DNA from: Candidatus Sumerlaeaceae bacterium
GTDB taxonomy: Bacteria; Sumerlaeota; Sumerlaeia; Sumerlaeales; Sumerlaeaceae
Assembly (NCBI GenBank): GCA_049968255.1
Contig: JBMFRB010000005.1
Span: forward strand, 37,822-101,821
Length of the DNA stretch: 64,000 nt
Reading direction: 5' to 3'
In this document: positions 51,523 to 60,699 of the stretch, piece after piece
How positions within the stretch are numbered: the stretch's first letter is position 1
Layout: every line of letters starts with the position of its first letter
The notes under the pieces: model-generated
Databases searched by the model: none
Seen by the model: the letters and a program-made list of their open reading frames with translations, nothing else
What the model was told of the DNA's origin: nothing
Made by a program: the position numbers and the translations under genes

Positions 51523-51960
51523 ATGAGTGAAAAACCCGAAAACTCTAAGAATTCTCCGCAAGTGGCATCTTCTAGCGAAGCAAAGGGGCCGGAGTGCTGT
51601 GTAGACACGGAGCAAGCCATGCCGCAGCAAGCTACGTCAGGCCCCGCAGCGACTCAGCCTCAGTCTTCCCCCAAGTCGACACCTGCAGCAGCCCCGAAAC
51701 CGCCCACTTCAAACAAGACGCCAGCGCCGACTCCTCCCCCCGTAGAAACAAGGCCCGGCTTCGTGCCTCTCGATCCTGAGCTACCAATTCCTCGCTTGCG
51801 CCCGGCGCGAGTAGCTCTCGCGTTGGGATTGTTTATTGGCTTTGCTGTTGCCTTTGCTGTCGGCGGCGAGTGGTTCATTCGTTCGATCTTGCTTCCAAGT
51901 ACTTTGCCGGCCATTCAGGCCGTCGGGCCATCGGCCGCTCCGTCATGGGGAAGGCGGTAG
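51523..51960 (+). CDS. Hypothetical Pro-rich single-pass membrane protein
   Basis: SD AAGGA; low-complexity N-region, then TM VALALGLFIGFAVAFAVGG. Confidence 0.55.
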   Translation: MSEKPENSKNSPQVASSSEAKGPECCVDTEQAMPQQATSGPAATQPQSSPKSTPAAAPKPPTSNKTPAPTPPPVETRPGFVPLDPELPIPRLRPARVALALGLFIGFAVAFAVGGEWFIRSILLPSTLPAIQAVGPSAAPSWGRR

Positions 51961-52084
51961 CACAGGCTCAGCAAGAGGCATGACGAAGATATTTCATGGC
52001 TGAGTCCCAGTTCCCAGTCTTTGAAATATCATTAAGGAGATGAATCAACCTGCAAACAGGCTACCCTTTGGCAGGGGCAAAGGC

Positions 52085-55000
52085 TTAGTTGTTCTCGTTA
52101 GGTGTTTGCTTTGGACTGTCGAGGGATTTCAGAACATGAAGAGCTTTGCGCACTTGGTTTGTCGTGGACCAGTCACGAAACTCAAATTCCAGGCAATCGG
52201 TGCTGACGATGTAGATTTCGGGCTGACCGTTTCGGATGCATTTGCGCAGCGCATTGGCATAATCGCGGACAAGGTCCGGGCGATGGAGTTTGAGGCCGCG
52301 ACTGGTGTGCACAATTTTCTCTATCCCATGGCGGCGGGCCAGCAGGCGCATTGCAGCCACGGCAAGCAAATTCTCGACCGTTTCGGGGAGACTTTCGACA
52401 GTGCGGCCGTCGCCTAGCTCGCGGGGTACCTCGCCGTAGCGATCGCGAATTTCTTCGGTGATTTCTTCAAGCTCCTGTAGCGTCTGTGCTTCCACGATGC
52501 GCCTGTAAAGAGCTACGCGCTGGCTTTCGACGGGCACATAATCGGCGGGGATATGGGCGGCAAGTTTCCACTGGATTTCCACCTCGCGGCGTTCCTGCTC
52601 TTGGAGTTCTCCTTTGACCTGTGCCACAGCCTCTTCGAGCATTTTGCAGTAGAGCTCGAAGCCTACATCGGCAATGGTGCCGTGCTGCTCGCGGCCCAGC
52701 AGATTGCCAGCGCCGCGGATTTCCAGGTCGCGCACCGCAATGTGGAAACCTGAGCCGAGCTCGGCAAATTCTTCGATGGCAGCAAGGCGCGCGACAGCGG
52801 CTTCTGTGATTGGTTGGCCTTGGGGCACGATGAGGTAGGCGTAGGCCTGGCGACTCTCGCGCCCGACTCGGCCACGCAATTGGTAAAGCTGTGCTAGCCC
52901 GAAAGCATCAGCCCGGTTAATGATGATCGTGTTGACGTTGGGGATATCGAGACCGTTCTCGATAATCGTGGTAGAGACGAGCACATCGTAGTCGCCAGCG
53001 ATGAACTTGAGCATGACCTCTTCGAGCTCGTCATCTGGCATTTGGCCGTGCGCCACAGCTATGCGTGCTGTTGGGACGATCTCGCGCAACCGTTCGGCCA
53101 CTTGTTCGATGGTTTGAATGCGGTTGTGCACAAAGAACACCTGGCCGCCGCGGTTGAGTTCACGCAGGATGGCTTCCTCGATCTGCGCGGGATCGAAATG
53201 GATGAGGCGCGTTTTCACGGGATGCCGATTGGCCGGCGGTGTGGTGATAAGGCTCATCGAACGCAGGCCGCTGAGCGCCATGTAAAGTGTGCGCGGGATA
53301 GGTGTGGCGCTAAGCGAGAGAAAGTCCACATTGGCACGCATTTCCTTGAAGCGCTCTTTCTGGCGAACCCCAAAGCGCTGCTCTTCATCCACAATGACAA
53401 GGCCCAAATCCTGGAATTTCACGTTCTTAGAAAGGAGCGCATGCGTGCCTATCACCATGTGCACTTCGCCACGGCGAAGCCCTTCGAGAACGGCTTTGGT
53501 TTCGGAAGGAGAACGGAACCGCGATAGCAGCTCGACCCGGATGCGATAGCCGGCGAAACGCTCGCGAAAGGTGTTGTAGTGCTGCTGCGCAAGAATGGTT
53601 GTTGGGCAGAGGAGCGCCACCTGTTTGGATTCCTGAATAGCTTTGAAAGCGGCCCGAATTGCCACCTCCGTTTTGCCGAACCCAACGTCGCCGCACAACA
53701 GGCGGTCCATTGGTTTGTCGCTGCGCATATCGGCCTTAACTTCGGCGATGGCACGCAGTTGGTCGGGCGTCTCGGGATAGAGGAACGACGCTTCGAATTC
53801 GATTTGCTCATGTGTGTCCGGGCCGTAAGCGTAGCCGCGGGCAAGCTCGCGTCGGGCATAGAGTTGCGCCAGTTCGCGCGCGAGTTTTTCCACAGCCTCT
53901 TTGCTTTTCTTGCGCCGCTGAATCCAGCGTTTGCTACCGAGTTTGTCGAGTTGGGGCTCCGCCTGGTCGGGGCCAGTGTACTTGTATACGTAGGCAATTT
54001 TCTCGACGGGAACGAGCAGGCGCCCTCCCTCGGCGTAGGCAATGTCGAGAAAATCGCAGACGCGGCCGTCCACCACCTGTGTGCGAATGCCCTCAAAGCG
54101 CCCAATTCCGTGATCTCTGTGAACGACGTACTCGCCCGGCTTAATTTCGCGGATGTCCGCAATCGCCATGCCCTTGTAGAGCTTGCGGTGGATAGGCCGA
54201 CGGCGATACCGGCCGAAAATCTCACGGTCGGTGACGACGTAGAGTCCCGCTTCGAGCGAAACGAATCCTTTGTGCAGATCCCCCACGGTGATGACGATTT
54301 CTTGCAAAGGCTGCTCCAGCGACGTGGCCACGAAACGCCGAAGGAATTCTCGCTGAGCGCGATCCGTGGCCGCATCGACATCCACGTTGGGATTGGGCAC
54401 CACAAAACCGGGCAGCCCCTGCTCAGCAAGCAGCTCGTCCATGCGTTGGGCTTGGCCGGCATTGTCGCACACCACGCACACCGTGCGTCCTTGCGCAAGT
54501 TGCTTGCGAAACTGGCTAAGGTAATACTCGAGTGAGGGGGTGACACCGTCGAAAGAATGGGTGTCGAAAACCGCGACAGCACGGTCTTCCTCGGTGACAG
54601 TGTGGTACACGGCTTTGTGGGCGTTCGCGGCGCGCTTTAGCTCGTCGAGGGAAAGATAAAGTTCGTGCGGTGCAGGCAAGCCACGCTCAGTGCCCCCGCG
54701 TTCGCGGAAACGACGTTCGACAATCTGATGAAAATGCTCAGCAAGGAGCGGATATGTTTCCGGCGTGTCAAAGATAATGAGCGCGCTTGGTGGCAATAGT
54801 TCGATGAGCGAAGTGAGCTGGGCCTGATCGCTGTCGCCTTCGCGACGAATGGCCACCTCGAAAAGGGTGTGCTCGCGAGCGGGCAGAATTGTGACTGCCT
54901 CGATTTCACCTTCGCGCTTCAGCGAACGCTGCGTGTGAACGTCGAACCAACGAAGGCTTTCTATTTCCGTGCCGAAGAGGTCCACGCGGATGCCATGCTC

Positions 55001-55660
55001 CGTGTCGAGGGGGAAAACATCCACGATTCCGCCGCGGATCGAGAATTCGCCGCGCCGTTCGACTGTGGGCACCCGCTCATAGCCCAGCGCCACAAGCCTG
55101 TGTGCGAGCTCAGCTGTGTCGAGCGTGGCACCCCACGTGAGCGTGACAAGGTGCTCACGCAACAATTCGAGCCGTGGCACTCGGCTCAGCAGCGCTTCAA
55201 TCGAGCTAACGCACACATAAGGCTGTCGCGCACTTTCGAGCGAGCACAAGGCATGGAGCACCTCGAGACGCTTGAGCTGCTCTTCGAGCGAAGGCTCTTC
55301 CTCTTCGTAGGGCAGGAGCTCGGATTTTGGGAAGTGGAGTGCTTCAATTTGGCCAAAAAAGCTTAGGTCGTCGTAAAAATCGGAGGCTTTTTCCGCATTG
55401 GACGTAACGAGCAGAATGAACGGCCAAGGCACACGGCCCTCGCCTTGGGCAAGCGCTGCAGCAAACGTTGCAAGCGCTGAGCCGCGCAAACCGGCTACGT
55501 ACACAGCTTCGCCAACACCTGCGCGCGCAAGGGAGCGAGAGACTCTTTCGAAGGCAGATGTGCGCGCAAAGCGAGTCGCTAGCTGGGATGTAAGGCTTTG
55601 GGAAAGTGCTGGTGCCCGTGTTGACATGAATTCCTTCGGATCCGTTTTTGCGAATACCAC
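52085..55660 (-). CDS. mfd: Transcription-repair coupling factor
   Basis: UvrB-like N-region (GEFSIRGGIVDVF); RID (VVHRDHGIGRF); GDVGFGKTEVA, DEEQRFG, SATPIPRT, QLRGRVGR, DLEIRGAGNLLG; TRCF C-domain; start uncertain (55660 or 55627). Confidence 0.96.
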   Translation of the reverse strand: MVFAKTDPKEFMSTRAPALSQSLTSQLATRFARTSAFERVSRSLARAGVGEAVYVAGLRGSALATFAAALAQGEGRVPWPFILLVTSNAEKASDFYDDLSFFGQIEALHFPKSELLPYEEEEPSLEEQLKRLEVLHALCSLESARQPYVCVSSIEALLSRVPRLELLREHLVTLTWGATLDTAELAHRLVALGYERVPTVERRGEFSIRGGIVDVFPLDTEHGIRVDLFGTEIESLRWFDVHTQRSLKREGEIEAVTILPAREHTLFEVAIRREGDSDQAQLTSLIELLPPSALIIFDTPETYPLLAEHFHQIVERRFRERGGTERGLPAPHELYLSLDELKRAANAHKAVYHTVTEEDRAVAVFDTHSFDGVTPSLEYYLSQFRKQLAQGRTVCVVCDNAGQAQRMDELLAEQGLPGFVVPNPNVDVDAATDRAQREFLRRFVATSLEQPLQEIVITVGDLHKGFVSLEAGLYVVTDREIFGRYRRRPIHRKLYKGMAIADIREIKPGEYVVHRDHGIGRFEGIRTQVVDGRVCDFLDIAYAEGGRLLVPVEKIAYVYKYTGPDQAEPQLDKLGSKRWIQRRKKSKEAVEKLARELAQLYARRELARGYAYGPDTHEQIEFEASFLYPETPDQLRAIAEVKADMRSDKPMDRLLCGDVGFGKTEVAIRAAFKAIQESKQVALLCPTTILAQQHYNTFRERFAGYRIRVELLSRFRSPSETKAVLEGLRRGEVHMVIGTHALLSKNVKFQDLGLVIVDEEQRFGVRQKERFKEMRANVDFLSLSATPIPRTLYMALSGLRSMSLITTPPANRHPVKTRLIHFDPAQIEEAILRELNRGGQVFFVHNRIQTIEQVAERLREIVPTARIAVAHGQMPDDELEEVMLKFIAGDYDVLVSTTIIENGLDIPNVNTIIINRADAFGLAQLYQLRGRVGRESRQAYAYLIVPQGQPITEAAVARLAAIEEFAELGSGFHIAVRDLEIRGAGNLLGREQHGTIADVGFELYCKMLEEAVAQVKGELQEQERREVEIQWKLAAHIPADYVPVESQRVALYRRIVEAQTLQELEEITEEIRDRYGEVPRELGDGRTVESLPETVENLLAVAAMRLLARRHGIEKIVHTSRGLKLHRPDLVRDYANALRKCIRNGQPEIYIVSTDCLEFEFRDWSTTNQVRKALHVLKSLDSPKQTPNENN

Positions 55661-55915
55661 TAGCGATGAGAGTTCGTTCGCGAGAGAGTTCCGGTCAGAA
55701 CTACAATTTCATCATGAGTTTACGTCTTGCTGCAAATACAGGCCACTACGTGGAACGATCGCTTTCGGCAACGGGTTGGGCAGGTGTGCTGCCGCGCCCT
55801 ACGCGTGTGACCTTCGCGCTTGATCATGTCCCGAGGAAAACAAAAATGGTCTCTCGTGTGAGACAAAATGGGTCAACACTAACGGGATGATTCCCAGGCA
55901 ACGAGGAGGAGCGCA

Positions 55916-57160
55916 TTGAGTTCGGCATTGCGCGAGAGAGCTCGGCGACTGGCCGAGTTTTATCGTCGGGCGCTCTTGGAAGATGTGATTGCGTTCTGGT
56001 GTCGACATTCGCCGGACCGCGAGTGGGGCGGTTACTTCACGTGCTTGGACCGTCGCGGGGACGTGTATGACACTGATAAGTTTACTTGGCTTCAGGCGCG
56101 CCAACTGTGGACGTTTTCGATGCTCTACAATCGCCTGGAGCGACGCGAGGAATGGTTGGAGATGGCGCGGCTCGGCGCGGATTTCCTTGCACGGCATGTT
56201 CGCGATGAGCAGGGGCATTGGTATTTTTCAATGACGCGGGACGGACGTCCCCTCGTCCGGCCTTACAATATTTTCTCCGAGTGTTTCGGGGCGATGGGGT
56301 TTGCGCAATACGCGTTGGCTACGGGCCGCGAGGAAGCGGCCGAAATCGCACGCCAGGCTTGGCAAGTGATTCAATGCCGCCGGCAAAATCCGAAGGGCCG
56401 CTGGTCGAAAGTTGTGCCCGGCACGCGCCCAATTGTGTCATGCACGCTGACCATGATTCTGTCCAATCTGGTGCTCGAAATGGAACATTTGCTGCCACAG
56501 GAGGAAGTCGAGCAGTGCCTGACGGACTGTGTGGAGACGGTGATGGGACGGTTTGTGGATAGCGAAACCGGACTCATGTTCGAGCACATTGCACCTGATC
56601 ATTCTCACCCAGACACATTTGAAGGGCGTTTGCTTATTCCTGGCCACGCGCTCGAGGCTATGTGGTTTATGATGGTCATTGGCGAAAGGCGTGGTGACAC
56701 CAAACTCATCGAGCGCGCCATCGGCACAGCCCTGCAGACAATGGAATTTGCCTGGGACAAAGAATGCGACGGGCTATTTTACTTCATGGACGCCCAAAAT
56801 AAGCCCCCATTGCAACTTGAATGGGATCAAAAGCTCTGGTGGGTGCACTGCGAAGCACTCGTGGCGCTGGCAAAGTCCGTTCGATTGGCTTCCACAAGCC
56901 AATTGCGCCGAGCAGCGTGGGACTGGTATAAGCGCGTCCATGACTACACGTGGAGCCACTTCCCTGACCCTGAATTTGGGGAATGGTTTGGATACCTGCA
57001 TCGCGAGGGGCAAAACGTCAATTTTGCCAAGGGGGGCAAATGGAAAGGCTGCTATCACATCCCGCGGGCCCTTTACGTATGTATGCGAGAATTCGAACAA
57101 ATGGCACAACAGCAAATGGGAGAAGCATCGGGAGTGGACTCAACTGTCCCCATTGACTAG
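55916..57160 (+). CDS. AGE-family N-acylglucosamine 2-epimerase
   Basis: SD GAGGAGG; [61 protein letters not shown]. Confidence 0.92.
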   Translation: MSSALRERARRLAEFYRRALLEDVIAFWCRHSPDREWGGYFTCLDRRGDVYDTDKFTWLQARQLWTFSMLYNRLERREEWLEMARLGADFLARHVRDEQGHWYFSMTRDGRPLVRPYNIFSECFGAMGFAQYALATGREEAAEIARQAWQVIQCRRQNPKGRWSKVVPGTRPIVSCTLTMILSNLVLEMEHLLPQEEVEQCLTDCVETVMGRFVDSETGLMFEHIAPDHSHPDTFEGRLLIPGHALEAMWFMMVIGERRGDTKLIERAIGTALQTMEFAWDKECDGLFYFMDAQNKPPLQLEWDQKLWWVHCEALVALAKSVRLASTSQLRRAAWDWYKRVHDYTWSHFPDPEFGEWFGYLHREGQNVNFAKGGKWKGCYHIPRALYVCMREFEQMAQQQMGEASGVDSTVPID

Positions 57161-57184
57161 AGCGGCCTCAAAGGGAAAGACGCC

Positions 57185-58021
57185 ATGAGCATGATTCGCG
57201 AAATTTACCAAACAATCAGCCAATTGCTGCAGGAAGGCAAACGCGGCGCACTTATTACGGTCGTGGAAACGGTGGGTTCCACGCCGCGTAAAGCTGGCGC
57301 GAAAATGCTGGTGACAGAGGACGGCCAACTCATCGGCACAGTGGGCGGCGGATGCGTGGAGGCTGACCTGGTGGCCTACGCCAAGCAGGTCATAAGGCTA
57401 GGGCAGCCAGGGATGTTTGAAGTGGACCTCACAGCTAAGAATGCGGACGAAAACGACATGCTTTGCGGTGGGAAAATGAAAGCATTCATCGAACCGATCG
57501 TCCCCGAGGAACATCTCGTCATTTTTGGCGGTGGACACATTTCGCGAGCATTGCACGAATTCGCGGCGAAGGTGGGGTTCCGCGTGACAGTGACAGATGA
57601 TCGCCCTGAATTTGCTAATGCTGAGCGTTTCCCGCTGGCTGCGCACATTGTGGCCGAACCTTTTGAAAAACAGGCCGAGCTAGTATCCGTCGATCAGAAC
57701 ACTTATGTGGTTATTGCCACGCGTGGCCACAGCTATGACGAGCTGTGCATGGAGATTGCGCTGGGTACTCCGGCGCGCTATATCGCGATGGTCGGCAGCC
57801 GCACGAAGGTGGGCTTATTCAAGAAAAACCTTCGCGACAGGGGCTTCAGCGACGATGAGCTCGCGCGGGTCGTCTGTCCGGCAGGTTTAGATATTGGCGC
57901 AGAAACTCCCGAGGAGATTGCAATCTCCATTGTGGCACAGATGATTGCCATAAGGCGGCTGGGGCAGCTTCGCGCTGGCGATTTTTCAAAGAAAAAAAGC
58001 TCTGTCGAGCAACAGGCGTAA
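57185..58021 (+). CDS. XdhC/CoxI family molybdo-hydroxylase accessory protein
   Basis: GSTPRKAGAKM, GTVGGGCVE, CGG, IFGGGH, TRGHSYD, MVGSRTK, PAGLDIGAETPEEIAISI. Confidence 0.92.
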   Translation: MSMIREIYQTISQLLQEGKRGALITVVETVGSTPRKAGAKMLVTEDGQLIGTVGGGCVEADLVAYAKQVIRLGQPGMFEVDLTAKNADENDMLCGGKMKAFIEPIVPEEHLVIFGGGHISRALHEFAAKVGFRVTVTDDRPEFANAERFPLAAHIVAEPFEKQAELVSVDQNTYVVIATRGHSYDELCMEIALGTPARYIAMVGSRTKVGLFKKNLRDRGFSDDELARVVCPAGLDIGAETPEEIAISIVAQMIAIRRLGQLRAGDFSKKKSSVEQQA

Positions 58022-58351
58022 GGCCGGCAATACCGCGACGTTTGGGTGACTGGCGCGCGGCTTGGCTAGGTTAGACAAGTTGAGATTTCGCGGCAGTCGC
58101 TGGATTTGACTCCTCCTGTAAGCGCTTCATGACCTCTTTGCTTCCCATGAGTTTCCCCCGCCATTCACTTTTTCCTCCTGACGCGCAAAACTTTTTGGTC
58201 GGCGTCTCTCAGGGGCATCCCATAGAATTTGCACTTTTATGACGAAGACACGGTAAAAAATTTGTTCTGTTGCTTCATTCTGTCATTTTTCCAAAATAAG
58301 TTTCTGGTCATTGGGGTAGATTATGAGCGACTTCTTCAGAATCTTTTCAAT

Positions 58352-59650
58352 ATGCGCAGCGAGAACCCCAAATTTTCTGAATTTGCTCAAAGCGAAGGAC
58401 CAGCCGAGCGGCGCGCGCACCGCTTGGCCTTGATCCGTTTCCACGTGTGGCGCGAAGGCCCCGTTTCACGGGCGCGCATTGGGAAAATCTTGGGGCTCAA
58501 CCTACCCACGGTATCGAATTGTGTAGGCGAGCTTCTGAAAAAAGGGGAGCTCGTAGAAGAGGGCTTTGCCGAATCCACGGGCGGCCGAAAGCCTCAATTG
58601 CTCAACGTCAACCCTCAAAAAGCGAGCGTTATTGGAGTCGCTTTCTCGACCCGCGGCATAAGCAGTGCATGGGCTGACTTGCGAGGGACTCTTCAAAATA
58701 TCCACATTTACTCGTTTTCTCCAAGCGAAGGAAAAGAAAAAGCTCTTGCGACTTTGCGCGAGGCGATTGTCGACCAACTCGAGGCCGTGAGGCTTGCGCC
58801 TCAAGCCGGGCCGGTCAAACAGATTGCTATTGGCATTTCCGGGTTGGTGAACGCGCGCGAGGGCGTGTCGCTGGGTTTTCCGCGGTTTGACGAATGGGTC
58901 GACATCCCGCTGCGTTCGATTTTCGAGAACGAGTTCGGCGTGCCCGTAGTGGTCGACAATCACATCGTAGCCGTGACGCTCGCCGAAAGCATTGCAGGCC
59001 AGCTTCGCGATTTCGAGAACGCTCTTTACGTCCAGCTTGGGCCGGGTCTGGGGGTGGGAATCCTCATCAATGAACGCATTTACCGCGGCTCGAAGCTCAA
59101 TGTTGGCGAGTTTGGGCACACCACGGTCACCGAGCACGGTCCGATTTGTTACTGCGGCAACTACGGATGCTTAGAAAGTTTGGCCAGTGATTATGCGCTG
59201 GTGCAGCAGACTGAGGCTGCGCTGCGCGAGGGGGTAAAGACGGCTATACCGGAATATGCGCCGGAGCCGGGCAAAATCACCACGGGGGCAATCTTCCGTG
59301 CCGCCGCCGACGGCGACCGCTTTGCCCTGAATCTGGTGGAGAAAGCCGCGCGCCTCATCGGAACTGGCATTGCCAACTTGGTGAACCTCTTTGGCCCGCA
59401 GAAGATCATCATTGGGGGAACCATGGCGGAGGCCGGAGGGGACATGCTGATGTCCGCATTGTGCGCCACCTTGAGCACAAAGGCGCTCGATCGCATGGAG
59501 AAGGACGTGGAGATCCGCCAAAGCAGCTTTGGCAAAGAAGAGGCAATCCGTGGGGCGGTGACGCTGGCCCTCTATCACTACTTTGCTGCGCCTCTAGTGG
59601 CAGAAAGTGGCATGATTGGCGGGCTCTTGGATCTGAGAGGTTTGGCCTGA
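58352..59650 (+). CDS. ROK-family transcriptional repressor (NagC/XylR-like)
   Basis: N-terminal wHTH (SRARIG..LGL..PTVS, STGGRKP); GLGVGI, GEFGH, CYCGNYGCLE. Confidence 0.92.
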   Translation: MRSENPKFSEFAQSEGPAERRAHRLALIRFHVWREGPVSRARIGKILGLNLPTVSNCVGELLKKGELVEEGFAESTGGRKPQLLNVNPQKASVIGVAFSTRGISSAWADLRGTLQNIHIYSFSPSEGKEKALATLREAIVDQLEAVRLAPQAGPVKQIAIGISGLVNAREGVSLGFPRFDEWVDIPLRSIFENEFGVPVVVDNHIVAVTLAESIAGQLRDFENALYVQLGPGLGVGILINERIYRGSKLNVGEFGHTTVTEHGPICYCGNYGCLESLASDYALVQQTEAALREGVKTAIPEYAPEPGKITTGAIFRAAADGDRFALNLVEKAARLIGTGIANLVNLFGPQKIIIGGTMAEAGGDMLMSALCATLSTKALDRMEKDVEIRQSSFGKEEAIRGAVTLALYHYFAAPLVAESGMIGGLLDLRGLA

Positions 59651-59720
59651 TCCGAGATTCGGGCAGCGTGCAACACTGCCCGAATGTCGAGTCAGACAAA
59701 TTTACGACAGGAGTAAAGTT

Positions 59721-60533
59721 ATGGAAGTTATTATCGCCAAGGACCGCCAGGAATTGGCGGAAATTGCTGCGGGAATCATCCGCGAACAGATCCGGCGTAA
59801 GCCAAACTCGGTGCTGGGGTTGGCCACGGGTTCCACGCCGGAAGACACCTACAAGCGCCTCATCCGCTACCATAAGGAGGAGGGGCTGGATTTCTCGAAG
59901 GTCGTGACCTTCAATCTGGACGAGTACCTCGGGCTGCCGAAGGATCACGATCAAAGCTACTGGTACTTCATGCATGACCGCCTGTTCAACCACGTGAACA
60001 TCAATCCCTCGAACGTTCACGTGCCTGACGGCATGGCTCCCGATCCGGAAGCTTTTTGTGAGTGGTACGAGGAAGAGATCGAGCGCCACGGTGGCATTGA
60101 CCTGCAGTTGCTGGGCATTGGCGGCGACGGTCACATCGCGTTCAACGAGCCTGGCAGCTCGCTGGCGAGCCGCACGCGGGTGAAGGCGCTGACCGAGCAG
60201 ACCATCAAAGATAACGCCGAGCTCTTCTTCGGCAAAGACAAGCAACACCTGGTGCCGCGCTTTGCGATCACGATGGGCGTGGGCACGATTCTTGAAGCCC
60301 GAAAGCTCTTGCTCATCGCCTTTGGCAAGCGGAAAGCTGCCATCTGCAAGAAGTTCATCGAGGGGCCGGTGACCTCTATGGTGACGGCGAGCGCGCTGCA
60401 GCTTCATCCGAAGGCCATCGTCGTGCTCGATGAAGAAGCAGCAGCTGAGCTGGAGTACAAAGATTACTACAAGTGGGTCCAGAAGATGAAAAAGGAAGAG
60501 TATCAGAAGGTGCTCGACCGGTTGGCCCAGTAA
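59721..60533 (+). CDS. nagB: Glucosamine-6-phosphate deaminase
   Basis: LGLATGSTP, TFNLDEY, QSY, GGIDLQLLGIG.DGHIAFNEPG, TMGVGTI, SALQLH. Confidence 0.96.
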   Translation: MEVIIAKDRQELAEIAAGIIREQIRRKPNSVLGLATGSTPEDTYKRLIRYHKEEGLDFSKVVTFNLDEYLGLPKDHDQSYWYFMHDRLFNHVNINPSNVHVPDGMAPDPEAFCEWYEEEIERHGGIDLQLLGIGGDGHIAFNEPGSSLASRTRVKALTEQTIKDNAELFFGKDKQHLVPRFAITMGVGTILEARKLLLIAFGKRKAAICKKFIEGPVTSMVTASALQLHPKAIVVLDEEAAAELEYKDYYKWVQKMKKEEYQKVLDRLAQ

Positions 60534-60699
60534 ACAAATTGCTCAACTGCAGTGCGAGAGCTGAGAGGCCTCGCTGCAGCTTAGCTAAGGGGTCCGCAGC
60601 GGGAGCGCCGAGATTGGGTGCTCCCGCTGGCGTGAGCAGACGGCCGTTTTCTCAGTGTCGGCCGAAAACAGATGGCCATTTCGCAAAGAGGTGACACGT

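Noticed and set aside
58229-58351. AT-rich stretch as a possible NagC-type operator, or an N-terminal extension of the ROK ORF
   Set aside because: No convincing palindrome; the translated extension looks non-coding, so the start was placed at 58352
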